A stretch of 63,202 bases of DNA, counting the filler, from Phoronis australis (lineage: Eukaryota > Animalia > Phoronida), in NCBI GenBank assembly GCA_002633005.1. It is 9 parts of 9 records of this genome, joined end to end, with 100 filler letters (N's around TTAATTAATTAA, not from the genome) between each part and the next. Parts side by side here need not be neighbours in the genome. Positions count along the whole stretch, not along the records: positions 37,327 to 40,711 come from NMRA01003050.1; positions 40,812 to 43,282 come from NMRA01003656.1; positions 43,383 to 51,067 come from NMRA01001989.1; positions 51,168 to 63,202 come from NMRA01001664.1; 5 more parts are not named here. One strand, 5' to 3'. The notes under the pieces were generated by a model. The model had not been told where the DNA came from. It did no database searches and saw only the letters and a program-made list of their open reading frames with translations. Position 1 is the first letter of the stretch, and every line of letters begins with the position of its first letter. This document shows, piece after piece, positions 39,366-52,770 of the stretch. The translations under genes and the position numbers were made by a program.

Positions 39366-40135
39366 CAGTCAAGTGACCTAATTATCGGACGTTTTGGCAC
39401 ATTTTGCATTATATTTAAATGAAAATACTACGGATTGTTGTAAATTCTTTGCTGAAATAAAGATTTACCTTCACGGAATTGTTCTGTTACTATATCTTGT
39501 CACTGAAAGCCACATTTATGTTCCGACTGATCTTCAAAAAACACAACAACCAAACCTTCGGAGAACCTAAATATCGGACACCATGTTTCTCCATACGCCA
39601 CACCGCGGAAAACTGACTAACCACGTAATGGCCGCGGGCACCTTGTCGCCAAATTTCAGCTAGAGTGTTTTGACATATATGCTGCTAGAACCCAGGTCCA
39701 TTCGCAACAAAATTATCCATGAAATGAAATCTGATGACGGCGCCAAGTCGTTTCAATGAATTAGTGCAGACGAATAAAGCACGTGCAAACTCACTGCAGT
39801 TTTTAGTATCACTTAGGCTTCTTGATATGACACCCGCACGTGCGCGGTCGGGGTTTGACTTGAGTTTAAAAACAAACGAAAAAANATTTTATTTTCAACT
39901 TTTATAACCGATTTATGCGATCGTCCATTTTAGGCCGACTTGGGGGTCTAAATTGCACCCTCTCTCGGTGAAATCAAAACGAGGCAACCCTGTAAAAAAC
40001 GAGACGGTGCCGGACATTGAATGCATTACAACGGAACAAAAATTGGTGTCATTTAATTCTCAGATTATGCTTCAAGTAAGATTCTATGAAATGTCCGATA
40101 TTTAGGTTCCGTCCGATAATTAGGTACCCTATGTG
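39366..40135. mobile_element. Tc1/mariner (pogo-like) MITE
   Basis: TA|CAGTCAAGTGACCTAATTATCGGAC...GTCCGATAATTAGGTACCCTATGTG|TA; subterminal ACCTAAATATCGGACA motif repeated in inverse. Confidence 0.65.
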
Positions 40136-40519
40136 TAATCCCAAAGACTGCTAAGATTAAAGGTGACATATTAAGAATGTTTTTCTTTGCTGCAATAAGC
40201 GACTATCAAGATATGTGGACAATTCAATCTACACTTCTACAGCTAGGCCTAGCCACAGCATAGCCATAGGCATAGGCTGGCATAGGCCATTGAAAAGGTT
40301 AAGTCCGCCAATGCCACAATACTTTGTTTTTGTATTTGAAGAGTGCTAAAAAGGTACAAGTTTACAATGCACAATGAGAACTTAACTGAAAACTCCAATC
40401 GCCCTTGTGGGCAGCCCAAGAAGAACGTGACTGAGCGAAATACAGACAGGGGTGAATCAGCTGATAGTTCGCTACCGATTTATCAGCTAAGACTCAGAGA
40501 CATCGTTAGGCCTACTCAC

Positions 40520-40606
40520 CGTGAATGGAATTCCTTCCACACTGCCCACAGCGAAGCAGTGCTCGCCCGCATTGACAGCACCAGTGAGAACCTGGTGTCG
40601 GTTCAT
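40520..40606 (-). CDS. DMXL2: DmX-like protein (rabconnectin-3 alpha, DMXL1/2) first coding exon
   Basis: [29 protein letters not shown]|GTGAGT matches the DMXL1/2 N-terminus ([19 protein letters not shown]); acceptor AG just upstream of the ATG. Confidence 0.88.
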
Positions 40607-42179
40607 TCTCAATCCTAGATGAAAAGGAAAACAGCAGTAAAAATCAAGATTTTCCGCATTTTAGAATGAGAGACGACCCGGGGTCAGCCATATTGGATTA
40701 TTATATATTTCNNNNNNNNNNNNNNNNNNNNNNNNNNNNNNNNNNNNNNNNNNNNTTAATTAATTAANNNNNNNNNNNNNNNNNNNNNNNNNNNNNNNNN
40801 NNNNNNNNNNNGGTGAATAGAAAGTCAAGTAATCTTCTAGCCTGTTACATATAATCTGTTTTATTACTACAATACAATGTACCGAGAAACACCAAGAAAC
40901 ATTTTTTCAAAATGGCGTCGTTCTTCTGTAGAACAGAGTACCATTCAAGCAGCAATTTATCTACAAAACAATGCAGCAACAAAGCCTAACTATGAAAAAT
41001 GCTCTCATGTTCATAAACACAGTACTTAAATGAAACGCTTTACGAAAACATACGCTATCATAGTTTAAATATGTTTTAATACAGCACCATTAACAAAACT
41101 TGTATTTATCTAAGTAACAAAATCACTTAAGGATAAGTGCATAAGCAGCTGTAACGAAGAGTTAAGAATGAAGGGACACTCAACAGCTTTTCCTCAATTT
41201 TGCCTCCCCATGCAGGCAGGGTGAACAGATGGAAAGTAAAGCTTGCCTACAATCTAAAATGTTTCATTCAAAGTCCGCTATTTTGCTTTTGTGCCCACAG
41301 CAAACCTAGCAAACCATCCAAAATGCACAAAGTTGGTAGTCTTCAACCCAAATTCACGACTTGCATGCAACTACTAGGCACCAGCAGACAACACACTCAG
41401 ATTGCTAAAACACTCCAGATTCCAAAAATTGGGAAGACAATCGGTGTCGACCAAACCTTTTTTGCGAACCTGAAAAGTCTGACAAGTACCTTATTTCTAG
41501 TTAAAACTTGACTTGCCGGCAGCATGTGGTGTTTTTGAACAGCCACAATGGTAAGAAAAATAGATCAAGGGGGAATGCACTACATTTTCGAACATGTTAA
41601 AAATAAACAAATGCCATTCGTAGCCGCCACACTTAAATAAATCTCAAAATGCCTTGCCAATGCAACAAATATCAACATCTTATGAATTTGGGAGCAGGGG
41701 GGGGGGGGGGNAAACCTTCATCTACAGCGATGCAGTCGGCTTTCAAAGGCGTTGTCTTGGAGCGGTTGTCGGCTCGTAAACATCCGGTGATATCACAGAC
41801 ATCTTGTAGACGTGTGAACTGATTTTTAATTTGCGTTTTTTACGTTGAAATTTAACTTCAGCGAAATCGGAATGACGTGTGCCTCGAGAATCTTTAGCAC
41901 AAAAGATGTATTATTGATTTGTTGATCTACATGTATGTATTAATTTGTTAATCTATGTATTGATTCGATGCATTTTACGGCTCACTTTCACTCTTTCATT
42001 TTTGTATGCTGGTAGGTTAGCCCTACTTTTACCAAAAGCATGTTCCTGTAAACAGGTTCCAGTTTACTGGTTTTCCTACATTGGCGTAAGTGAACGTCTG
42101 GTTAAGATTTTGAGTACCTCAAATGCTAGCGTTTTGACTTCTACAATATTTATTTTAGATGGGTTCCCATGCTCCTTGG

Positions 42180-43200
42180 CAGAGACAACAATTTCTATGC
42201 AGATATTGCTGGTTTAAAATTGATTATTTTATATCAAACGTAATTTGGATTGGAAGTAAAAAGTTTTCAAAAAAGGTTAATCATTATCAACGCTGGACTC
42301 TAAATTGGGAAGTATAGAATTCAAGCAGTTGCGAATAAACTCTAATGTAAATTTAGACAACACCTTAAACTTTAATTTTACTTTTTTCGAAATTAAAAAT
42401 ATACTGAAGACATGGTCAAAACGAAAACTCGTAAAATGACGGTTATAAGAACACTTGCCCTTTGACGATTTATTCAAGCGTGAACATTCATACCATTTGA
42501 CTTATTTTAATAGCAAGCAGTACAATGACGTATACAAATGCGAATGCAGTATTATCACTTTAGATATTTTACATATGGTAGGATTTTAGTAAACGAGCAA
42601 AATTTTTATGAGGATTCTTTACTAAATAATTATATAGTCTTTTTTAATGATTTTTTAAACATAAATTGCGATTTTCTTACACGATTATTTTAAAGAAGAA
42701 TCATAAAATTATTGTTGCGTTATCTTTCTTTGATTAGTTGGTAGCAAAAGTCTTCATGAAAAAGTGATGAAAGTGGATGTAAACATATTTATAGTATATT
42801 ACAGGAGATAAAATCATTTGAAGCCTACTGCCTTTAAGAATTTTGAAAATTTAGGAAACACTGATCTCTGTATATGGAAGAGCTATTATAATATCCACCT
42901 TTTAAGTTTAAATGAGACAAAAATACGCCATTTTCAATACAAATTGCTGCACAGGATCCTTCCTACAAATGCTTGTTTGAAATTAATGGTGATTCTGATT
43001 CGTTCATCTATTGCAAACGTGAGACAATGGAACACTTCTTTGTATATCGTTGTGTTGCGCGCAATTTTTGGAGCGATATTGGGAGCCTATTGTCATCAAG
43101 GATCGACACTAACTTCATTTAGATACACACCTGTTGTTGGAATCCATTTTGAAAAGAAAAAAAGGTACAATATTTTAAAAATTTCTTACAAACGAAATAT
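42180..43200 (+). pseudogene. Degenerate L1/Tx1-like LINE ORF2 (RT end plus zf-RVT)
   Basis: YAD., WIGSK, KNILKTWSKRKL, TVIRTLAL, ETKIRHFQYKLLHRILPTN and YCKRETMEHFF...FW in broken frames. Confidence 0.75.
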
Positions 43201-44388
43201 TGTATTTATACTGGGGAACCCAATGGTCGTCCGCCTAAGCATAAAACCGACTTGCTGTTGTACTCACCGAATTATTCCACTTNNNNNNNNNNNNNNNNNN
43301 NNNNNNNNNNNNNNNNNNNNNNNNNNTTAATTAATTAANNNNNNNNNNNNNNNNNNNNNNNNNNNNNNNNNNNNNNNNNNNNTAATTTTTGTATTTTACA
43401 TCAACTTTCAGTAACATTTGATATAGAATTCTAATCAATTGATAAGAAAAATCATTTTAAGACCTTGTATATATTTCCTCTCAAAGTACAACCGAATATT
43501 ACATGTATCTGATGTGACCTTGCTGGGTCTCATGAACTCGTTCACTACTTGGAAATCTTGCAAATTAGAAAAGCAAACATGACGTTTAATGGAGTTGGTC
43601 CTGTTGGTAAGACTGGAATGTAAACAAGTCCCCAATCAAACGCACACCAATTCCTGACAAAAAGTAAGTGAGTGATACTAATGAAAAAGATGTATGAGAG
43701 TACACGTTTGTCTTGGAGATGCATTCTGAAATCTTTTACCATTCAAATCTCAAAACGCCTTGTCCGTTACATGTAACCTCCCAGTTTTATGACAGTGTCG
43801 TATGAGCCAGGTTAAATGTGTCCTCTCAAATTCCCTGACAGAAGTACTTTCTTATCCCCTTCTGTCAGTGTACTGAACCCGGCTTTACAACGCCCATAGT
43901 TACCATTTTCCCCAATCCTGAAGTGGACGTCGCAACTCTTGATGGCAGCTTGCAATCCTTTCGGATGCTGACCTATGGCCAGCTGTTTTCTGACATTTTA
44001 TTGGTGGTCCCGATATTGAACAATTTCTGTGATACTTGATATGACTACATATATAAAAAGAGTTGCAAATTGTACACTCCATGTAGACATCTAGTCGTAA
44101 TGCTTAAAGGCGAAGGCAACCTTTTTCCATGTCATTTTGAGCTAAAATAAGGTTGGTTGGTTGGTTGGTTGGTTGGTTATCCTAGACATATTTTCCACTT
44201 AATTACAGCTTTTCGTAATTTTATTAATTACTCGTCCGCTACCCCGGAAGTGACGTTTTAGGAGGCAAGCATTTGGCGCCAATTTCTTTTCATATAGTCT
44301 GACTTTGAGAGCTGCCGAGTCAGTCATTGTTCTACCTCGGTTGTGTTAAGTTCCGTCGTCGTTTGCTTTCATTTACTAGTCAGTCAAC

Positions 44389-44921
44389 ATGCCACATTGC
44401 TGCTGCGTACCAGGATGTACTAACTATCGGCTCACGCGCGCTTTGGGAGTACCTTTGCATCGCTTTCCGATGGATGACACACTTCGCCGTACTTGGCTTG
44501 TGCGTGTGAAGAACGCAGCGTTACCCGTCCACGCAACGTACAAAGCAGTGGAGAATTAACATGTGTGTGGCAAGCACTTTCTGCGGTCCTATTACGAAAG
44601 GGATTTGTACGCTGAACTGATGAAGTTCCCTGCGAAACAACGTCTGAAGAAGGATGCCATTCCGTCTGTGTTGATTCCCGGCAGTGCCCCGTCGCCACCT
44701 CACGAGAAGTGCGTTTTTGAAGCAAGAAGCCTCGCAAGCTGTGGCCAGTACAGTGACTGGAACCAGTGGAGGCACTTCATCTACTGTCACCCGTGCCTCC
44801 GAACGTACCCCAGAGCGTGCAATTCCTGGAACCAGTAGTGATTCGCCCTGTGCTGTTTTCTCCACCCCAGAGCCTCTAAGCAGCCCTGCAGCGATATTGA
44901 GTAGTGGGAGTGATAACAGGC
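44389..44921 (+). pseudogene. THAP-domain N-terminus of the Kolobok transposase, in-frame stop at 44557
   Basis: MPHCCCVPGCTN...LHRFP...W...*HVCGKHF...RLKKDAIPSV gives the C2CH THAP signature. Confidence 0.85.
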
Positions 44922-45230
44922 NNNNNNNNNNNNNNNNNNNNNNNNNNNNNNNNNNNNNNNNNNNNNNNNNNNNNNNNNNNNNNNNNNNNNNNNNNNNNNN
45001 NNNNNNNNNNNNNNNNNNNNNNNNNNNNNNNNNNNNNNNNNNNNNNNNNNNNNNNNNNNNNNNNNNNNNNNNNNNNNNNNNNNNNNNNNNNNNNNNNNNN
45101 NNNNNNNNNNNNNNNNNNNNNNNNNNNNNNNNNNNNNNNNNNNNNNNNNNNNNNNNNNNNNNNNNNNNNNNNNNNNNNNNNNNNNNNNNNNNNNNNNNNN
45201 NNNNNNNNNNNNNNNNNNNNNNNNNNNNNN

Positions 45231-45523
45231 TCTGTCCGTGGTATGCCGGAGGTCCACTTAACCATGTCCAGTAGTGGCTTGGCCTCGTCGAACTCTGAAC
45301 AGCACAAGCATTCCATTGAGGTAGGCATGACAACGCACACAGTGCATTTGCACCAAGATGTGTCACCACGTCTGTCCTCAGTAGCCGCCTCGTTTCTCTC
45401 AACAGCTGCCTGTGCCTGTGCGTACTCAGCCTCGTTAAATTCGGGCTCAAACATGTACCCACCCACTGAATGTCCGTCACTCACACTACTGTCACTATGA
45501 TACGGGTCACCGACTCCAGCCAT
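45231..45523 (-). CDS. KolX-like protein N-terminus (P2X7 ballast/nanor-like Cys domain)
   Basis: GYMFEPE...R.GDTSWCKCTVCVVMPTSMECLCCSE; truncated by the gap. Confidence 0.8.
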
Positions 45524-47598
45524 TTTAAGCTTACAACACACTAAACAATCCCTGAATCCAACGTAGTTGAGTTCTCTACTAACCTATCTTGCCGCAGAAT
45601 ACTCGCCGATGGAAAGTGGTGGCGACAATAGTTGAAAAATAGCACAAAACAAAAGTAGAATAGAACAGATTCGCACCGTAAAATCCACGCAAAACCAAAA
45701 AAGCTGTAATTAAGTGGAAAATATATCTAGGATAACCAACCAATCTTATTTTAGCTCAAAATGACATGGAAAAAGTTGCCTTCGCCTTTAATGCCTTGGA
45801 ACACAAGTAACATCCAAAGTCAACGTAGGTTGTTTTGATTTAGTTTTGAGACACGCCTTTATACACATGCGTGCGACATATGAGCGAATATATAAATCGG
45901 TCGTGAAAAAATTAAAAGTTCCCAGAAGCTTATGTAAAACAACTGCATGCTTCTTTCATCAATGTTTAGTGGTATGCTAAGCTTTAAGACTATCGGTGAT
46001 TTTGCATATATTTCCCCTCTCTGGTTTTTATATGGAATCGCTCCCTGCAATGTACATCTATTGGTCACGCCACACCATCTGAGAACCGAACAGATGCAAA
46101 TATTTACTACTGCAAGATTAATTGGTAATTTCCCAGTAAGTTCTCGTAGAAAATTACCAGGAGTTAGAACCTCTGCACGCTGATGTCACAGTTTCCGTCC
46201 CTAGCAGTCGGGCAATATTTGTCGATGTGGGAGGCTTACTTAGATCATTTCATTAGTTATTAGTTCGGTTAAGTCCGAGTTTGTTTTCACCCATGTTTTC
46301 TAGTAATAATTTCCTGATATCAGAGAATTTAGCGTGTATGTCTAAGATGTTTTCAAATGCGTTGCTTGGGAATTCAAGACAACGTGTTGTTAGTGAAATG
46401 CCTTCTGTTCATGCGACTTACTGGAGTAATAGGTTGGTTGAATCATTAGTTTGAGCTCCCTTTTAGTTCATCGAAGGGTAGGGTGACTGTTTTAAATACC
46501 AGTATTCCTTTGAATTTCAAGAAATTTTGTTTGTGCCGACTTTCTTCGACTTAAATATTAAATGTATTTTCTACAGTGATGCACTGTTTTTTTTACCCTT
46601 ATAAATGAAGTGGTTGTTGCGATTTCTCAATGGCCTGTACAATTTTGCGCGTTACTGTTAACATTTGCATATTGCAATACGTGTGTAATTGTTTAGCCTT
46701 TGACCGAGTGCTCTGGTTCTAAGCGTTTGACATTGTCAGACGGAGGCGGTGATATTCAAGACAGCAACTGTACTGGAATCCACTGGTTGTACCGGATTCT
46801 GAATTAAATTATTAAGGCATTAATGAAAGGGTCAAGTGCAGACGTGTACCAGCCTCATATCATCAACCGTTTTCAGGATGTGTGACGTACCAGCGTTCAT
46901 TATACAATTCAAAGATTGCCATTTATTAAAGCGAACGAACTTTACACGTTAACGCGTGCAGGCTCCATTTGTTTACGCGCTAATCTATTTCGTAACGAGT
47001 CAATGCGTTGTTGACTAGGTGAATGTTGTCGTCACGGCGTAACGACCCGCATACATGGAGTGTTGATCGGGCTGTTTCAGAGACTGTCTTCAAAATGTTT
47101 TTCATTTTCCTTTGGGCACCAATCATAATAACTTACTGCCCCAATAACTATCGAACTATCAGGGATGTAGTCAGAAGTAATTGTCATTTCTTGTGTGCTT
47201 GCTACTTCGCTGTCGTTGATTGGACTGACTTTGGAATTTAATGACTGATTTGGGACTCTGATGGCATACATACGTGTAAAGTAGATGAAACAGTATGTAA
47301 AACATATCGCAACCTTGCTCAGTCTCAATAAGTTCAGAACCGGAGAATTGTAACATACCATAGCAGCAAGGACAGACAAGCGACACCTTACGCCGATCTA
47401 GAAAAACGAATTCACGCGTTATTTAATACATGCAGGTCTACGTTTTTGCATTAACGTGCAAAATCTGTACACGTTAGCAACTAGCAGGCTTTCAATTCTA
47501 TAGTATAAGACTTGGAATTAACTACTTGCTTGATATTTCTCATTTTTGCAGCGGAAGTGAATGTGCATAGCGTCCTCAAACTCACGTTGGTTTTTCAG

Positions 47599-47766
47599 GC
47601 CCCATGTCATGGTCCACCTGGAGTTCATGGAGTCAATGTACTGCGAGCTGTGGCGGAGGGATACGCGTGAGGACACGGAGATGTGGTTCAGCCGAGGCGA
47701 GTGAATTTCAGCTCTGCCCTGGCCATTCGTCGGCGTTTGAAGCTTGCAACAAATTTGTGTGTTCAG
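47599..47766 (+). CDS. Thrombospondin type-1 repeat exon
   Basis: tttttcAG acceptor and G|GTAGAC donor, symmetric phase 1-1; WSTWSSWSQCTASCGGGIRVRTRRC...CPG...CN...C. Confidence 0.88.
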
Positions 47767-50569
47767 GTAGACGTCTTTTTATTGTAATTCTGTATTGGGC
47801 CGATGAAGTATGTCGTTTTACTAGGGTTAAAGTCATTATCATACCTTAGCGTACAACGTTGTCTTTCTGTACTTTCACCTACAGTCGTACGAACTTTTTC
47901 CTGTCCGTTACGTGTTCTTGCGTATGACACCAGCTGCATGTAATTGACTAGTTTGACTGATAGTGTGTTTCTGGGTGTGAGTATACTGCGTGCATGTGCT
48001 TGTGCGCATGTTTACACGAGAATGGTGTTCATCGGAAACGCAACGATGGTGTCACGGAGGCAAACACTTCCAATTAGCTGGACTAAGTGAATGAAATACC
48101 ACTCGTGTGTATGAAAATATGTTTCGAGTACTTCCTCGCAACAACTGCTAAACAGCTGCCTTAGTTTCTGTACTCGTAAGTATGAAATCTTTATTCAACT
48201 TGGTGTCCAGTGACTATGAAAGCATTCTCCTTTTATGTTATAAAAACTGCACCGGCAATGGTCTTCACCTACAAGACACTAGTTCATGAAGCACAGCTCG
48301 AAATATCAAATTTTGATGCATTTTCCGTTTCGTAAATGTGTTTAAAATATAAAATGTTAGATTTTATCAAAAAATCTTCTTAACGTACAAACCATGCGCG
48401 CACCCAGTCTAAAAATAGGGGGGTTCGATTTTTTGAGAATGTGGACCTTTTACTAAAAAAAGCAAAAAAAAACAACGGGGTAAGTTCAGAACTAAGAGTT
48501 GTGCATTTGCCGAATTCCTGCCTTTAGTGGACTTTTGTCTCGTTTTCTACTTGTTTTCGGACTTTTTGTTTTTCTGAGGCTTATGCTCAAGCTATAGGAT
48601 TTCCTGTTTGAATTCTCGAGTAAGATAGATCAAGAGGAAAATCTACAATATCAAGATTGGTCGAGAAACTTTATTTTGGAAAAATATTATGCAAAAGGTG
48701 TTTGTGTATTCATTTCTCTGAAATGTATACATGTACAGCACTTTATGAATCCCAGACCCTTGTTATTTTCTCCTTGGAACTGGGAAAATAAAATATGAAA
48801 AGTGTCTATTTTGTGTGTTCTGTGCTGTGCTGCCTTTCACTGTCACCAACTAATTTGGTGTCGTTTTAGAAACCAAGTCTGTTGGTAACAAGTGTACTTT
48901 CACTCTGACAAACTATTATGTACTAAAAGAAATGGAAACCGATGCTCTATAGCCAAAAATAACAAACAGTGCAAATGCTTTCTAACACAAGCGCAAGTGT
49001 GTGTTGTTCAGGTACAAATAGCAAACAGCTATCCAGGAGGTTATTTCTTTCCTGGTTCACCACCACATGGCCAGTCAAGAAGTCTTGACAGTGTTGCAAG
49101 ATGTAGGTGGCATTGTTTACCTGTTTTACAAACAAATCTCATGAAGGAATGAAATGCTGGCATTCCTTAAGTACATGCAGCTAGGCATTATATTATAATC
49201 AGATTACATGAAAAATATATGATAACACTTAAAACACAGCTGACGTAACACCTATCAATACCTGAGGAAAATTTAAGTATTTCATTCCTTGTCTCTCATG
49301 TTCTCTGATTTCGAATTGTATGATATATTGTTTCAGTTGGTAGTGTGATTTCATGTTATTATTAAATTGTGTTTTTCTTCTGCAAGCAAAACTGTAACAC
49401 TTAAAACTGCATTCCCTTCACTGTGCATCAAGTACAGAAACTTAATTCATAAGAAGTGTTTTGCTCTATTTTCCTTGCGAACATTGAATATCTGCTGGTG
49501 TCCAACACTTTAAAGCCAAAAGATGCTAAAGAAGATAATGCTAAAGAAGATAACAGTGCTAACTGGTCTTTCCATGTTTTGACTTCTTCAATTCAGTCGC
49601 AACTTCTCTCTCAACTACTTTATATTGGATCTCATTCTATTGTGGCAAGATAATATTCACGACTAGTGCGATAACGAAAATAAGCTCAGTTTTTTGTTTA
49701 TAACGCCATAGAGGGTTACTGGGTGAAGAGTTCATTTTCGCAAAATCACGTTGTAAGTAAAATTCGTAGGTCCACATTACATGTACTTTACAGGTATTCC
49801 ATGCATTTGTGATATTTACAACCTACATGTTCATGTACATGTATCATTTTTATTGAGAGAACTTTCATACGCTGTAAGAGAGAAGTGGACATTAAGTCTT
49901 AATGTGCATGCCTACCTTCATCATCACAAGTATCATCCGTCACCAACTTGTGGAAAGCATATCAATTCAAAATGTAGAGCACGATGTGATGAGATTAAAA
50001 GCATTGAAGTCCGTTTTGATTGCATTCGAGAAGCCCGTTTTGAATGAGCAACAAACAGGGTCGCTCTGCACACTAAACTTGTTTGCGCAACTTCCCTGTT
50101 AACCCCTCGTTTTGTCAATTTTTGCTGTATTTCACACCAGCCGTGTTCCACTGTGATTTTAATAGCTTTTCTCTGTGGCGGTATTACAGCGTCATTTGAT
50201 TTTCACTTGGGAATGGAAGCAGCATGTTTGGAAATAGCGTGTGTCTTTTAATTAACCATGTCTCTTGGGCAGTTGCGTTAGCAATATTCTGTTGAGTGTC
50301 CATTTTTTTCGAGGATACGAACGGAATGGAATACAGGTTGTTTATAACAAGTGCTCTGTTTTTAACCACTTTTGCATGAGCATAAGTATGTTTAAAAGCT
50401 GTGTTAGAATTTTCTTATAGCCTATTGTAGTGACAGGAAGTTTTTGACTCTCGGGTTTGCAAATGATATGTCAATCTCAGCTAGGCTTGGCCTTTCCCTC
50501 TGGAACAAAGCTGTGTAAATTACACAAATATTTATTGTTAGCTGTTGTTACAAATTCATTTTTGTCGCT

Positions 50570-51067
50570 AAATATTCGTAAACTCCGCCTGTCCATGTAT
50601 ACATTCAAAGTCTTAACCAACATAAACAATTACTCTAACAAAATCCTCTTTGACTCCTACAAAAGACCAAGCACGAGACCAGGACTCCGGCAAAGCAATA
50701 TGTATACTATTCCAGCCTCCATCAGCCAAGCCTTCAGAAGATTAACGATATTAACTTGTATTGACAACTGGAATTCCTTACCATTCAAAATAAAAGAAAG
50801 CACTTCAATCGTCACTCTCAAAAATAACTTTAAAAAGTATACCACTATTCCAGACTTGCCAGTCCCATTGACATCATTCCAACTTCCCCGCAACCATGAA
50901 ATAACCCTATACAGATCAAGATGTGGTTTATTCCTAAACAACGAGAAATTTAGACATAATTTTAATAATGTTTCGGCTCTGTGTTCCTGCAGAGATACCC
51001 AGACATATCCTCATGTTTTCTTTGCTTGTGAGGTATGCAAGGAGGAGAGGGTACAGCTCTTCCAGGC
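50570..51067 (+). mobile_element. CR1/L2-like LINE ORF2 C-terminal fragment
   Basis: SQAFRRLTILTCIDNWNSLP...LYRSRCG..LNNEKFRHNF...CSC....YPHVFFAC; homologous to 30570-31100. Confidence 0.8.
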
Positions 51068-51167
51068 NNNNNNNNNNNNNNNNNNNNNNNNNNNNNNNNN
51101 NNNNNNNNNNNTTAATTAATTAANNNNNNNNNNNNNNNNNNNNNNNNNNNNNNNNNNNNNNNNNNNN

Positions 51168-51240
51168 CAGCCACGCATGCGCAATTCAATCACCACTAGT
51201 ACAGCAGCGACACCGCGAGGAGAATTCTCCGAATAGCCCC
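51168..51240. mobile_element. Terminus of a second copy of the ISL2EU-type family
   Basis: Near identical to about 28965-29032, ending GAATAGCCCC|AT. Confidence 0.8.
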
Positions 51241-51990
51241 ATTAATCATCCGTTACCACAGACGAGAATAAAGAACTGCCCGCACAAACCGAGAGATTTC
51301 TTGTGTACAACTTACCCTCCGCCACCTATAATGAAAAGTACTTTTCGTAGCACTATGAAAGAATGTAGGGTAAAACTTTGTGTCTGTAGGCAGTACCGCG
51401 GGTAAATCCTTATCAAGGTCCATATTCCGCAGTCGGCTGCGTTTCGGGCTAAATTTTTTTTTTTTTGGTCACTTACCAAATGTCATCTGAATCTCATATG
51501 GAAAGGTGATTCAGTTGTGCGAATTAAAAAAAGTTTCATCAAAATCAGATAGCGTTTGAGAAATTTATGCATGTTTTTGTCTATGAATTTCATGCATTTT
51601 TAGCGTTACGAGTGGCCATTTTAAAAACTACAATTTTCAACTGTCAACAGTAGAAAAGAAATATATTTTATAAAGTAAGCAGTTCCGTTGATATGTAACT
51701 TGATTCACTTTCAGAACCACTCAGATGAAGTTGTGCTTAATTATTGTGAAATCGTAGGGTTCATCCTAAAACACAAAGTCAACTCGTTACAAAATTTGTA
51801 AATTCCGTGTGTCTAACCCTCACCTACTATAAAGAAGGTTAAAAAGTAAAGTTCACACTCTGTAATAAAAAGAACTCCAGAATATGTTATCCTAGGCAAC
51901 ACAGCTATTTATTCAATATCTTAACAAACCAAACGTTTGAACATTGACTGTGTTCTGCTATGTTGAAAAAGGGCCAAAAGCATAACAAAA

Positions 51991-52770
51991 TGTAGTGCAC
52001 GTACCCCAACTGAAATTCAGTGACACAAATGGTGATTGTAAATGAAATATTGCCTTTTAAATAGCAACATGGTGCTTATTATCATCAAAGAAAAATAAAT
52101 GGCCATACATCATTATGTTACCATGTGATGCATAAACATTGTTGTAATGGATGAACCCCCTTTTGTAGTGTACGTACCCCCATGTTTACAAATACCATGA
52201 AATCAAAATATTACTTGGCAAGTGAGCAAAATTGGCCACAGACAGTTTCCTTCCTTAAAAATGTTAGGTTAAAAGGGTGTTTATTGCAAATACGTTTGTT
52301 TTGAGTGAAATATTAACATCTGTATAGTGTGCGTGCCCCCTATATTTTGATTTGAACCTATTTTCAAAGAATGACAGATTTTCTCTTTGAATAGATTTGA
52401 AATATTAACTAACTCCCAGTAGATTCTTAGTATTTAGTTACAAACACGACACGTCATTGAATAGCAGTGTACTTACCCCTGTATATTGTACATACCCCGA
52501 TGTTAAAAAATACCTTGAAACAAAAATATCACATGGTAAGTGAGCACACTTGTCACAGACAGTTAAATGTTAGGTTAAAAGGCTGTTTATTACACATACA
52601 TATGTGTTGAGTGAAATATTAGCATTTAGGTAGTGTACATATCCCTATATTTTCACATAGATGTGCCTATTTTCCAAGAATAACAGAGAGATATGCACAT
52701 TAAATTAGCATCTAATGAATTTTTGCATGATAGAAGTGGGCTGTGACCACAAGTTGTAGTGTACGCGAAC
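51991..52770. repeat. Degenerate repeat array with a recurring TGTAGTGTACGTACCCC motif
   Basis: Motif at about 51991, 52164, 52323, 52463-52484, 52629 and 52755; about 52164-52350 is duplicated at about 52484-52655. Confidence 0.65.

Larger units (their letters stand above)
44108..45787 (+). mobile_element. Kolobok DNA transposon (internally deleted or gapped)
   Basis: TTAA TSD on both sides; AGG...CCT termini; TIR of about 90 bp; convergent THAP and KolX-like ORFs; internal N gap 44922-45230. Confidence 0.88.
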
